The notes beneath the pieces are model-generated. The model made no database searches and was not told the origin of the DNA. It saw only the letters and a list, made by a program, of their open reading frames with translations. From Eledone cirrhosa (Eukaryota), in assembly GCA_964016885.1 (NCBI GenBank), contig OZ024750.1:2356001-2420000 (forward strand): a stretch of 64,000 bases of DNA, in the 5' to 3' direction. Positions 1 through 13,686 of this stretch are shown piece by piece. Both the position numbers and the translations under genes were made by a program. Numbering within the stretch: the first letter of the stretch is position 1; every line of letters begins with the position of its first letter.

Positions 1-21
1 TAAAGAGAAAGCTGAAAGAAC
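1..21 (+). CDS. CACYBP: CACYBP penultimate exon, 3' end only (KEKAERT)
   Basis: AAA GAG AAA GCT GAA AGA AC then donor GTATGT at 22. Phase 2 joins the G at 5477 to give T-K-P-T-I-D, matching the KEKE-KPSYD region of vertebrate CacyBP. Confidence 0.7.
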
Positions 22-857
22 GTATGTAAGGAATCTTCTTCAATCAGAGTTAGAGAAACTGCAAACAGAACTTTCTGGGGTGAAAGAAAGTTTGAATAAA
101 AATGAAATTGAAGTGACAACCAATTCTCAAAGCCGTTGTGTGACTGTTGAGTTGACCACTTACGGTGAGTTTATTTATATTATATATATGTATATTATCA
201 GGATGGGGGTTTGGCAGTATTGATAGAGCGCCGGACACCCTGCTTTGCAGCACAGTGTTATGGCCCTTTACATACGGTTAGCTTTGCCATTCATCCTCAC
301 GGGGTTGATAAAATAAAGTACCCTGTAAGGTGGTCATTTCAGTGCCACAATAAAAAGCATCCAATCCACATTGTAAAGTGGTGTTAGAAAGGACATCCAA
401 CCATAGAAACCAACCCAAAATACAGATCCATATTTTTGAATAATGGTAGCCTCTTAAAAGAAGTTAAAATTTGGTAAGATTTAGTAATATTAACTTTCTG
501 ATTGTTAAACTGGTATTTTGAGCCTAAGTTAACAAAGGTTCTTGCATGAAATTATGTTGGAAGGTTTTTTTATGTAAACATAGGTAGAAATAAACAACTC
601 AATATCATAAAATTTGGGGCAGTTTGGTATGAGAAAGGTTAAATTTTTTGTATAATATTTACATATTCTCTTTCAGGTTGGGATCAATCCAATAAATTTA
701 TGAAAATATATATTGCCATCAAAAATATCCAGCAACTAACTAATGAAAACATAACATGCAATTTTCAAGAGAAGTAAGTGGAACTGTTTTATATTTTGGT
801 TGGTTTTATTTTTAAATTATGGTAACCTTTTAAAAGAAGTTAAATCTATTTTATTAA

Positions 858-1070
858 TGGATTGGCAGTATCGGTAGAGCGCCAGACACCCTCATTTGTA
901 GCATAGTTACGTCCCTTTATGTTCTGAGTTCAAATCCAGCTGAGGTTAGCTTTGCCTTTCATCCTTACAGGGTCGATAAAATAAAGTACCAGTAATACAC
1001 TGGGGGTGATTTAATCGACTTTCCCCTCTCTTGCTGGCCTTGTGGTTATATTGGAAATCATTATTATTTA
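858..1070 (+). mobile_element. tRNA-derived SINE (family with CCTTTCATCCT...GTCGATAAAATAAAGTACCAG core)
   Basis: A-box-like TGGCAGTATCGGTAGAGCG, B-box GAGTTCAAATCC and (ATT)n tail. Related copies near 204-322, 3092-3195, 34420-34575 and 58590-58775 (+) and near 21680-21850, 22040-22245 and 44555-44690 (-). Confidence 0.8.
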
Positions 1071-1399
1071 TTTAATATCTTTTAGTTGTGTCAAGGACAT
1101 GACAACCTCTTAGTGCTGGTTGAGAGAACCCTTCAGTTTGTGTTAAAAATCACAATAATCCTCATATGAATGTATGAGAGTTAATTGGCTGACCAAATGA
1201 GTTTTATTGTTCAACATATCCTTGGAAAGAAATAATGCAGTTATTAATAAGCAGAGTTGAAATTAATGCTCTAGCATCACTCCTTCATAGTCAGCCTATA
1301 CATTTTTCAGTCCACCCTTGAATGTAACCATTGCTATTATGATAAAAAACTTATATAAATATATGTATGAAATGTTTAGTTAATATGTATTAAAATTTA

Positions 1400-1635
1400 C
1401 ATAGATATATGTGTGTGTATATATATCATCATCATTTTACATCAGCTTTTCCCTGCTTGCAAGGGTGGGACGGGTCCTATTCAGCACAGCATCTCTCCAC
1501 TTGTCATGGTCCTTCGTGATCTTCAGCGATCTGAGGTCTGCTCTCACCACCTCCGCCCATGTTTTTCGTATATACTCTTTTACTCTATTACCCATCCGGC
1601 TGAGGCCATGTAATATGATGTGTTTTGACTTTAGA
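1400..1635 (-). mobile_element. 5'-truncated RTE-type LINE 3' end with 19-bp target-site duplication
   Basis: Minus strand reads RKTWAEVVRADLRSLKITKDHDKWRDAVL, similar to 41140-41280, with an (ATG)n tail. Flanked by TAATATGTATTAAAATTTA at 1381-1399 and 1636-1654. Confidence 0.8.
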
Positions 1636-2091
1636 TAATATGTATTAAAATTTAAAACTATTTTTCATAGATCTTTGGATTTAACTGTTTCAAATCTTGA
1701 TAACAAAAACTACCATTTCAATGTGAAGAAGCTGGCTGGCGTTATCATACCATCGGAGAGCTACTTCAAGGTTAGTTCAATGCTAAGCTCTGTTTTATTT
1801 ATCATAATCACATAACCATAAAAACCAAATGGAAAGGGTTTTTTTAAGGTTTGTTTGATCTTGTAACATTGGTTTATGCTTCCAGCTAACCAATCTACTG
1901 ATTCACTATATTGATGTCGTGTGTGCTTGTAACTTGGTGCAGAACAAATATTGCAAAGGAGTTTGTTTGAAAAGCATATTTTATTTTATTTTATCTTTTG
2001 TTTGTTTTGTCACCAATTTTTACATTCTTTCCATATTTTACACACACAAACACACTTCATTATCTTTTTTATGTCTACTATTCCATGCTTG

Positions 2092-2348
2092 TGGAGTCTT
2101 GTGGCCTAGTGGTAAAGCTGTTGGACTTATGATCGTAATGATGTTCCTGGACTGAGTTGTGTGTTGTGTTCCCGAGCAAACCACTTCATTTCATGTTGCT
2201 CCTGTATTCTCAGCTGAAAATGAGTACCAGCAATACCGAAGGGTTTAACCCTGCAATGGACTGGCATCCTGTCCAGGGGAAAGTCTTCATGCCACAGAAA
2301 CCAGGATAAGCACCAGTCTGATGAGCCTTTGGCCACAAGACAGACCTT
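2092..2348 (+). mobile_element. tRNA-derived CORE-type SINE
   Basis: GTGGCCTAGTGGTAAAG head, GTGTTGTGTTCCCGAGCAAACCACTT core and CCCTGCAATGGACTGGCATCCTGTCCAGGG tail; a reverse copy lies near 52705-52915. Confidence 0.75.
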
Positions 2349-3783
2349 AGATATTTTTCCATGCTTGCATGAATGCAATGTGCACACAAGGTTTTTGTGC
2401 AGCTTTGGTCTGCTAGATTCCACTCAAAGGTCAGTAGTTAATCCAAAGAATATGATAGAAGATACTTGCCCAAGATAAAGTGCAATGGGATCAAATCTTG
2501 AACCATGTTGTTGTAAAGTAAACTTCTTAACTACACAACCATGAGTGCATATTTTATTTTATTTACTATTTTTGTAAGGTGGTTGTGTTGGTGACATGAC
2601 AAAAGTGCCTGGTTCACCATGTATGGTGGTCATGTTGGGGACATGACAAAAAGTGCCCAGTTGACTGTGTATGGTGGTAGTGTTTGTGACATGACAAAAA
2701 GCACACTGTAAGGTGGTCATTTCAATGCCACAATAAACCAACCAGTAATATGGTTGGTTTTAGGAAATCATGTTTTCTTTATATTTGTTCACACACACAT
2801 TGTATCAGACTAATTCTATTGTCTATTTACCATTTATAAATAAAGATTGTTCTTTATTTATTTATCTTTCCCCTATACTTTTCTATAAACGTTTATTGGT
2901 TGTATCAGTTTTATTACAATTCTCTTTTCTTTTTCCTCCTTACCAGATTAAGACAGATTCTCTCTTGTTGATGTTGAAGAAGAAGACTCAAGTTGATTGG
3001 AATCATGTTTCAGAAGTTTCATCAGATAAAAAGAAAGAAAAAATAAAGTGAGTTAGATTTAAGTTTGTATTGCAGTATATATCTGCATAACACGGTGAAT
3101 TGACAGTCGTTAGAATGTCAGTTCTCTTCTGTCAGTTCAAATCCCGCCAGGGTCAACTTTGCTTTTCATCCATTCCAAGTCAATAAAAAAAAAGTATGAT
3201 AGTAAATCTGTAATCCCAAGCTAATGACTTGTGTGCTTGAATATGTTTAGTGATGGTTTGTTTCCCAGTTTGATAGTTGAGATAATGACAAGTCAAAATT
3301 ACAAAAGATATAATATTTATTCACAAGAACAGTGTTTATAAAGTTTGACTTGTGCTTTTATAAAGTTAGAAGTTGTACAATTCTTTAAGAAATGTGATGG
3401 GTAACATTAAAATTGTGCTGATTAATCCTGGAATGTAGAGTTCTTAGTTGAGAACATAAGGAAGGGTTTGACAGGTGAAGTTCTTAAAAGAACTGTTATT
3501 TAATCCGGTGTGAGTTAGCTCTTAAAAGAACCTTCTGGTTAACACATATAGTCAATTGAGAAATGGTGTAGCTAGTATTTGTTGTTGCCAGGAATTAAGC
3601 TGTCTTTGAGGCAAAATTATGGCTGCATTTAATAGAAAGAAAGTAGTGTGTATAATATGGTTGTTTTGTTTGATTTTTCTTGAATTTTTGTATCTCTGTT
3701 GTGTATATGTGTGGCTGTGTATTTGAAACATCCATTTGTAGAATTTCAAGTATGTATATCTTATATGCAAGGAAATAAAAGTG

Positions 3784-3897
3784 AACAAAAGAAGCCATCT
3801 TTAGGGCTGTGATATCAATTAACAGGGAAAGGGGTTAATTAACAAAAGAAGCTATCTTTAGGGCTGTAATATCATTTAACAGGGATAAGGATTAACA
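3784..3897. repeat. 57-bp tandem duplication, 2 diverged copies
   Basis: AACAAAAGAAGC(C/T)ATCTTTAGGGCTGT... at 3784 and 3841. Confidence 0.8.
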
Positions 3898-5476
3898 TGT
3901 TCAACAACTTTAAAACACGTTTGTTAAATGTTTTAAACAAAAATTCTTCTTTGTCAAATTCACAAATTTAGAGGCCTTGTCATATTCAGTCAAATCATGT
4001 TTTTGTTTTGTTTTTTCATTCTAAATTATGAAATTTTCAAAAGTATCGTTCTCATCTTCATAGTTATTCCTCTTTGCTATGCCATTGATTCCATTCAATA
4101 TTTAACCAAGAATTATTGTACATTTTGTTTACTTCTTAAAACTTGAAGGAAAAAAAAGGTTATGATTCAGTAACCCCACCCCCCCAATCTACTTCCAGTT
4201 TTCTGTGTAGAAAAGTTCATGCTGCTGTACCACATTGCTTTTTAGTCATTCTTGATCTCAATTATACTAACATTGCTAATAATATATTCCCATTTTGGAA
4301 TAAAGTTAAATAATAATAATAATGTCTTCTTGAGATATCTTAAATTGTATGTAGAGGTTGTAGTTGATTTGATCAGTACTGGTGTCAACTTTGCCTTTTA
4401 TCTTTCAGAGTTAATAAAATATAGTACCAGTCATGTACTGGGGGCTATTTGACTGCTACTAATATTTCTCAGGCTTCTTTAAACCAGAGATTACTACTGA
4501 GAATCTCAAATGAATCTTCTTAATGCTAATTGAACTTTAGGGGACAAATGGTATTCCTGTGAAATGTTGTGATCCCAGTTATTACCTTTGAAAATGATAG
4601 AACAATGCCTTACATATCCTACAATAAACAGGCTATTTAGTGTGTCAGTTATCATGCCTAACCCAAGTTGACAAAAGTATTTGACAGGTTAATTATTTTA
4701 TTGCTACAAGAAAGATGAAAGGCAGCCAACATTTTGTAAGATTTGAATTCAATTTATAATCTGAAACGTGGCTATTTGTTCAGTCTAATGTTTGAGGCAC
4801 AACAACCTCTCTAGTGTTGGTGAGCTACATGATAAACACACCCAGTACACTCTCTTAAGTAGTGGCTGATAGGAAGAGAATCCAGCCAAATAAAGGTTTG
4901 GGAGGAATCTTCAGTTATGCCAAAGGCATGACAACTTCCCTACAATAAAATACACTTGCTAAAGCATTAGATTGTATCTCGGGCCTCAGGCCCACTTGGA
5001 GGTCAGAGGCTCTGCTTAAGTACTGACCCGTCTGTGATGACAGGTCTAACCCTTGTAAACGAGGAGAACAGATGTTAAATGATGACGATGGTGACTATTG
5101 TTACTCTTACTAATAACTTCTTACATTGGCACAAGGTAAGACATAACTAAATCTACAAGACTTCACCTGGTACTATATGATTCTACCTCTCCATTGACCA
5201 TTATAATAAATATAACCTAAATGATACATTGTAGCAAATGTCTGTAATTGTATATTGGAAATGGCACAATCGAAATAGGGCCATTCAAAATACGAGAGGA
5301 CCAAACTCTGGATTCAAATTTTAAACTAATTGATGAACAAGTCCTTCTCTTCTTAGTATTTTTAGTAGATAATTAGATATTTCTCCTATTTATGAATAGA
5401 AAAAAAAAGATGAAATTGTTGTCTGTTGTATGAAATAAGTGTAACTAATAAAAATGACAATATTTCATTATTGCAG

Positions 5477-5621
5477 GAAACCAACTATTGACGACAACAA
5501 AGATCCGAGCGAAGGTATCATGGACATATTAAAGAACATATATGATGAAGGTGATGATGAAATGAAACGAACAATAAGCAAAGCATGGTACGAGTCCCGA
5601 AATAAAACGTCAGAACTTTAA
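5477..5621 (+). CDS. CACYBP: Calcyclin-binding protein (CacyBP/SIP) last coding exon, SGS domain
   Basis: Acceptor TTGCAG at 5471-5476. Translates [47 protein letters not shown], closely matching the CacyBP C-terminus ([32 protein letters not shown]). Confidence 0.93.
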
Positions 5622-5837
5622 CCAGAAACATCACATTTGACTACTACCTTTTGCTGAAGGGATTTGTTTTTTTTCCTTTTTCTTCATTTTTATTTTTTTT
5701 ATTTTGTAAGGCTAAATATTCTTCCTAAATACTAGACTACAGCAGCTCAGCTATTTCCAACCATTACAGAACATTTGTACAAATATTACTAAAGATCAAT
5801 CATTGTCATGGAAGAATTTAAAACAAGTTATTCGCAA

Positions 5838-5843
5838 AATAAA
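5838..5843 (+). terminator. Probable CACYBP polyadenylation signal AATAAA
   Basis: AATAAA about 220 nt after the stop, followed by GT/T-rich sequence (5860-5915) and then a MITE. Confidence 0.45.
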
Positions 5844-8800
5844 TATGATTTATAAATGAAATATGTCTTTTTATCAATTGAGTGTGTCTTGTTTGAAATG
5901 TAATTATGTTCTGTTTAATATTATAGAGGTGTTTAACTCTTTAGCATTTACATTACTCTATATATGCTATTGTATTTTCACAGTAAACACTTTATTTCAC
6001 ATCAAATCTACGAGATTTTGATGTTATTTATTTTGAGAATAATACCTTATCGTCAGTATTAGTGACCAGTTATGGCCAGTTTGAACAGAAAGAGGTGAGA
6101 GAATTCTGGTTGGATACAAATTCCCTTTGTAAATATATTTAACAATTCGTTTGCATTCAATGGAATATGATCCTTCAAGTCTGTCAATGTTGAAAACAAC
6201 AGCCACCATTGAGTCTTGTATACTGATAAAACCAACCATATAAACTGCCTGTATTAACACCAAAATTACTGCTACACAGCTACTTTGCTTTATGAAAGAC
6301 AGTTCTAGAAACCTGATATTATATTGTCTTTTCCATTACTGAAGAAGATACAAAATATAGAAATAATAAACTGTATTTATCAGATAGCATTGCAAAATCT
6401 TCATTCTATTACTACCCAGAATTTCACAATAGTTTTCCTTCTTGTGCTCATGTGTGTGGTTCGTTAGATATATAACAAAAAGAATCAATTTATTATAGGT
6501 TCTAGCTATTTTAGATTAGCATATATATTGTAATATTAATAGAAATTATATTGCAAGAAAATTCATTAAAATGAAAATAATTGTAGTGGATAGCAAAATA
6601 AAAAACAATTGTGATGTTAAGTCCCTTTAAATACTGAATTTAAATCTGCCCAAGTTTAAAAATGTACCAGTCAAGTGCAGATATCCCATGATGTGTTAAA
6701 CATTACTAATATGGAAAATAAAGGTTGACCAGTAATTTAACACAGGTTCAGCTTCAAATACATTTTTTTTCTTGCATATGTATCACTTCATATATATTTG
6801 TATGTATGTATATATATGTATATTATATATATGTGTATTATATATATAAGAGATAACATCGTTTGTTAGATTAAATTCAATATTATATTTTTTACCATGT
6901 GAAAACGAATCTTGATACTAAAAATGTCTGCTCAGATAAATTTGCCACATTTTTCACATTGAAGTCAGCTGTTGTTCCTTCTCACTTTTCCACCTGTCGT
7001 GTTCTTTTAGGTCAGTCAGAACTTGTTTCAAGCATCACATTGCTATGTTAACGACAGACCAACAAATTCCAAGCATCATCCATATTCCTCACTTGTCTAA
7101 TCCACCACTCTTCCTTTGTAGATCATTTTAAACCTACACAATGTATTTTGTCCTGGAATTTAAGTGTCCATTATATTTCATGTGGCAGAATTTGTTGTAT
7201 TAATTTCAATGTTTTCAGACCTTGTATTTATAAGTTATCCAGTTTTTTTGTAGGTTTTTCCCATTAAGATAAATCAACTCAATGGTGTAAAATTGTGTGT
7301 TGATCGTTATTTTATACAGAATTGGCAGAAATGCTTCTATTTTCTTTAATATTCTATCAGACTATATATATATTTTAGCTTTATAATTATAGTTAATGTT
7401 CTAAGTTAATCTCCACTTTTAATGTATTATAGGAGAGAATGTGAATGGAGAAATAAATAATTGGCAGTAGTAAAAGGAAAAAACAAAATATCCATTTGAA
7501 ATTAAACTTTTATTTACAAGCCATTTGTGACAGATTGTAAGGGAAAAGGGGAGTTAAACAGGAAAGAAAGAAATAAACATGTGATAGGAAGGGAGATAAA
7601 CAAGACAAACGGAAGGAGGTGGCGGTAGGAGATCAAGAAGAAAGCTCTAAAATAGTAAACTGGCCCAATAGACATAGAAGAGTCAGTGATATCTTCTGTG
7701 TACAGTTGACAGCAGAAGACATGGTGACACATACTCAATGTCAGCTCATTTACAATATCAACATCATCCACTTCTGGGTTCAGAGGAGTGTAATAATCCA
7801 CAACTGTCATTAAGACAATCTGATCCATAAACTTAATTTGTTAGGTTAATATGTGATGGGTAGAGTCTCCTGTTAAGAATATTGATCAACAGTGAAACTG
7901 TTTAGCTTTAGAGACAGAAGTTGATGTGAATGTAAGAATGTAACAAGCTGAAGATAATGGAGAAAGATGGGCCAGGCATCTTAGAACAATGCAGATTATT
8001 TCTCCAGGAACCAATTCTGATATCTACCATACAAAGGAGGCAGAGGGGTTATGACGTGGCAGAAGACGGTGACTTGCCTGAAGTCCAAATAATAACTGAT
8101 AAGGATTTACGTTACAGGCACTTTATTCAGAATTTGTTGGGTTTTATATGGTTTTAATTTTTTAAACCTTTTCCAAGTAGAAAAAACATCAAAATATTGA
8201 GGAAATATTTTTTATATTAATCCCCAAATTACATTAATATTATAGTAAAAATGTTGGTGCTTTTTTTTTTTTTTGTTTTGTTTTGTTTTGTAGACTTATT
8301 TTTCATCACCTTGAAAGGGCATTTCATTGCTTTTAGTAATTGTCCATTTTCAAGAATTTAAGTGTAGAAAAAAAAATGAATAGAAGGAACATTAAACATA
8401 TATACCAGCAGAATTCAAACTGCCCACCATCCAAAACACAAACTCATACACAATTACACTGATGCATATCTACCCAATTTTAAAATCTCTATGTCCTTTA
8501 AGTAGGGAAAGTTATATAAATTAGGGAAAAATGCAGCATTTTATTTATATTTTTGTTTGGTATATAATCAATCTACAATCATGAGGCAACTGTGGGAAAT
8601 GGACAAACAAGTTCCAGTAATTGTACAACTCAAACTTCTTTGCACATATCCAGCAATTATTATCATGTTTCATGATTATTTTCTTGTGTTAAAATTGAGG
8701 AATTTGGCAAATTGTTAATGTTCAAAATTGCTTGAACTCAGCAGTTAGTGATTCAGAGCGTCTTCTCATCAATACAATTGAAAACAGATATTAACAGAAT

Positions 8801-10674
8801 ATCAGTTATTTCCTTAAATCTGTCTTAATTATTAGCCATTAAGTCACAAACTATTTTATTATAATAATTTCAATTATAGAGTGGTCGGGGAGAGAGAGAG
8901 AAGATGGGGAATGTAGTGAGAATTCATACAAATTTATGTTTCACTGTGTTCAAGAAAGAGGTTTGTCTTTTGTTTTGTTTCAAAACAAATCATTGAGTCT
9001 AATGTGTTGAGTATATAATTGTTTCTACTTTAGGCACAAGGCCAGCAATTACCCAGTGCATTACTGGTGTTGAGTATATAATGAAATATGCTTATTGTTC
9101 TATATACTGATACCTTTGCAACAAAACTTTGTGAAGAATTTAGCAAATAAATAAGTATAAAATAGAAAATGTTAACTTTACAAAATAAATTGAACGTTTT
9201 TCCTAGTAAATAAATTTTAACATATAAATATCAGTAACTAGATGTGATTGACAAAATATTCTATCTTTCAGGACATTTAGTATACTGCATGATTAACTAA
9301 ACCTATTGATTGATATTTCAGCTCAGATATTGGTGTAAAATTATCAATGTGAACTATTTATTACCAATGTTTTCAAAATAGGTCAATTAGTCATGGTTTT
9401 TATATTGTTTATAAAGCTTTTTGTCATAAAGTCCAACATGAAAAGAATGGCTACAGTGTAAGTTACAGTTAGTAATGAAATTACTAACTGTAACTTACTA
9501 ATTTAATTTAATATTAACTTGTGTTTTAAATATATTCAATTATTAGAATTATATTTAAAACTTGCCATATAATATAAGCATACATCATCTCTTTTGTTGT
9601 GGAGTGGAATGACCATTAATTATATATATATATATATATTTACATTATACAAACATATAGACATTATATATATATTATACATTTATACTCATATAAATAT
9701 ATATTTATATATATATATTTATATTCAATTATAGTATATATATATATATACTATAATTGAATATAAAAGATAGATAAGCACAGATATATACATATATGTG
9801 TTCAAATCATAAGGGACCTTCAGTTATTTAATTATAGGAGACTATTTTGAGTTTCTAACTCAATATATACCTTTTATTTATATATATATATATGAAGCCA
9901 AATAGATTACTTTCTTCAAACAAAAGTCACATGCTAAAAACATAGTATACCTAAATACACCAAGTCTTAATAAGCTGAATAATAAAAATTAAATAAAATT
10001 TCTAGCGTGTCTCAATCGGAAAGATAGGAGACAAAGATATTCCAGTTTTATAATGTTGGATATAGATCACTTTTAAAATGATGTCATACAATGTAATTCA
10101 TTTCTAAAATTCAGGCATTAAATGTAAGATATTATCCCTGAAAATACATCAAAGTTAGTCTAGATTATTATTATTCTATAGAACTGCATTTCAGAATCTT
10201 AAGGTAAATATATTGATATAATAATTGTAGCATATCACAATAGTAGCTGAAGCTTAAACTCCACAATAATTGCTTTGACTTACAATTATGGTTAAGTCGA
10301 GAACATGTCACAATAACCAAATTATTAAAGATAACAGCACATTGGAAGGTACTAAGTCAGATAAAACTGTGATTATATCATCAATAGCAGTTATGGAAAT
10401 ATTTGATACAAATAAAACTGATACCAAGAAATTAATTATAGAACCAGTCACACTTGTAATCACACAACCCACACCACACACACCACCACATCACATAATG
10501 TATGTGAATTTACAGGATGATAGTGATGATAACATACATATTCACTCAAATGTGTACTTGTATAACTATCCCATAAGTCAGTATAGAAAGCTGCCTTCCT
10601 TTTGGGACAATCACTGTCTGTGTTGTGTAATAACATATATATATATGTGTGTGTGTGTGTGTGTATCTGTAAAC

Positions 10675-10707
<33 letters not shown>

Positions 10708-11044
10708 TTATATACATATCAGTTGATTAAGATACAATTTTCATCGATGCTGGCTAATCCTCCAAGACTGGATGATTAGCTGACCTTGGTGAAATATTGG
10801 TGTCTGACAACCAACATATATATATATATATATATACATATATACATACAATATAAACAACTTTAGCACAAGCATAGTCACCACATCAGTAAATGTTTAT
10901 CATCTATATACCAACAAGTCTATTGCCCAACATTAATATGAACACATACACACACACATATATATATGGCATGTAGATATACATGAGTGTGTATACATAT
11001 ATATATGTGGATATGCATTGATATATATATATATATATATATAT

Positions 11045-12110
11045 AGACATCAATGGCCTTTGGCATCTGATATTGACTGCAGCAACCTTACAACTTTCTG
11101 TAGCCACATTCATGGCTGGTCTCTCCAATGTTGGTACCAGCAGCCCTTTAACAGGAACCACAAATCAGTGACATGTTGCCAAATATGTTAAATTATTCCT
11201 TTTGTCCACCAAAGAGCTATATTTCTCTCCTGTTCTTCCATTAGCAACACTTTCCCCAGTTCTTGTGATCAGGCTGCTGTTACAGATGTCTCTTCAATGC
11301 AGAGCTTGTGTCTTCCTCTTCATTGTTCTCCCGAAAAAAGCTCACCAAAGAGCAACTGTTCTTGGAATTCTGTTGTCTTCCATATGTTTAACATGTCTTA
11401 ACCATTGTAATTGTCACTTAGATAGGGTTGACAGCTACAACACTTCAATGTTGAGTATCTTTTCATGAGTTGTTCAGTAGATGTAGAAGCATTGTAAATT
11501 GGAGGAATTTACCTTCTTAGCAAGTCTTGAGTAAGTATTTCTAAACTCAGAACCATATAGTAATATATTAAGGATGTATGTCTTATAGATTCTGATCTTA
11601 GTCTTTGTATTCAACATTTTATTCTTCTATATGAAATAATAATAATGGAAATTATTGTGTACAGTGGTGAGGTGCACTATCTTTATCATAAGGTTTCCAA
11701 ATGCTATCCTAATATTGATTTCTGCAACTAAATATGCATAAGGACCCAGATAGGAAACCTTATTGACTGTTAATGGACTTTTATGCAATGTGATATAAAC
11801 AGGTGCATTGCTTTCTAAGTGTTGGGGGAGATAACTGTCTTTATTGTGTTAATCTCTAGTGAAAAAGGTTTGAATGCTAAGGAAAACTTTCTAATAAATT
11901 ATTGCAGTTTCACTGTAAGCAACTAGAGTCACATGAGTAGGAAAGAACATCCTAAATGATAGGCTTTGTTACCTTGGTTTTTGTACTAAGTTGAATAGGG
12001 TCACATCAGCAGCAATAAGATGGTAAAATATATTGCTTGACTCCACTTTTGATATCAACAATGTCTGAAAAGGATCCATTAATTTCCACAATAGCCTTCA
12101 TATCTTCATG
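11045..12110 (-). mobile_element. Degenerate RTE-clade LINE (RT C-terminal part)
   Basis: Minus strand shows remnants of ADD, FxYLGS, LLYGSE and GxRRRGR motifs, with frameshifts. Confidence 0.6.
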
Positions 12111-12242
12111 GAAGGAATTAGCTGCAGGAATGTTGGAGACTATGTCACTTTATCCAGCACCGTTTATATGTTTACTAATTTAAGCATGAAACTTAGATTT
12201 AATATTAATAAAATTATAAACATACACATAATACACACACAC

Positions 12243-12277
<35 letters not shown>

Positions 12278-12822
12278 TATAAAGAGCATTTGCTCCGAAA
12301 CCACTAGACGTATCTGAGGAACTTACGAATCCAGAGTCAGGTTCGATCCATAAATAGATCACACCTCAAGCTATTCGCCGGAGAAACAATTGTAATACGT
12401 AATAAATTGTATTCTGATGCATCACTGATTCTTCGTTTTCCATATTATATATAGATATATACATATAGATATATACATATAGATATATACATATATACAC
12501 ACACACACACATATACATTTATATAGTAAAGAGAGAAAGAGAGATTTTTCTGGTACAAAAAGCATAAAAGTGGTGAGTGGATACTGAAGGTGGACCAAAC
12601 TTGGTATCTGTTTAGATTACATACTCAGTCAATGGTTTTATTTGATCAACCATATATATTACCGAGTATTGCACTCCATATCTGCTGATGTATAAACTCA
12701 GCCACTTCACTCATCTCTTATACTCTTGTACCACAAAAACAAATCAGTGTGAAACTGAAAGATATCTAGATTACTTTTCCCTAGTTTCCTCCATTAGACT
12801 GCAGCTATGCTGGGATACAGCC

Positions 12823-13034
12823 TTAACCCTTTAGCAATTACATTACTCTATATACTATTATATTTTCCTGGTAAAAGATTTACCTCATAATATTGAATCT
12901 ACGAGATTTTGATATTATTTATTTTGAGAACAATGCCTTAACATCAGTATGAGTGGCCAATTATGGCCAGTTTGAACAGAAAGAAGTGAAAGAATTCTGG
13001 CCGGTTATGGCCAGTTTAAATGCTCAAGTGTTAA
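12823..13034. mobile_element. piggyBac-like MITE (TTAA TSD)
   Basis: TTAA|CCCTTTAGCA ... TGCTCAAGTG|TTAA. Homologous copies at 5933-6120 (truncated) and 52195-52415 (inverted). Confidence 0.75.
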
Positions 13035-13643
13035 AAGAATTTTAGTGGATTATATCAACCCAGTATTTATCTCTTTCAAGTGGGTATTTATTTTATCAAT
13101 TTCTTTTTGTCGAACTGCTATGTCATAGGACATAAACGCAGGCAGGAACACATGCATGCATCCATATACAAGAGACTTCTACAAAATTCATCTGACAAGA
13201 TATTGGGATTGACTCTGGAACAACAGAGTTGCAAGGCAAACTCCTTCACCCCAGCCATGCTGGCACCTATGCAGGATAATATTCCATTCTTTTACTGGTT
13301 ACACCCATAGGACTTTATTTGATGATTTCAACTGTCAGTATTTATTTTACTTATATCTATCAAATTGTAATTTATACTTTGAAATAAAGCAATGACCGTT
13401 AGCCATTCACCGTCAAAGCTGCAAGAGCTCAGCTGTTGAGTACTAACTCTTTACATTACCTACACTCTACTAAGTATTGAGTACTTAACTGGACAATGGT
13501 CTTATAAGTCTAAACTGGTAACTCCCAATCTCTCTCGATATAGACAGTATACTACATGGAGTGCTAAATCCTGTATACACACAATTATTAATTGATCAAT
13601 ACATACAACCGAGAAACAGAAATGAATTGATGAACACATACAG

Positions 13644-13686
<43 letters not shown>

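Noticed and set aside
858-945. tRNA gene (A/B boxes)
   Set aside because: No cloverleaf; continues into a SINE core and tail, with many decayed copies.
10288-10779. 163-aa ORF
   Set aside because: No recognisable domain; runs through CA/TA microsatellites.
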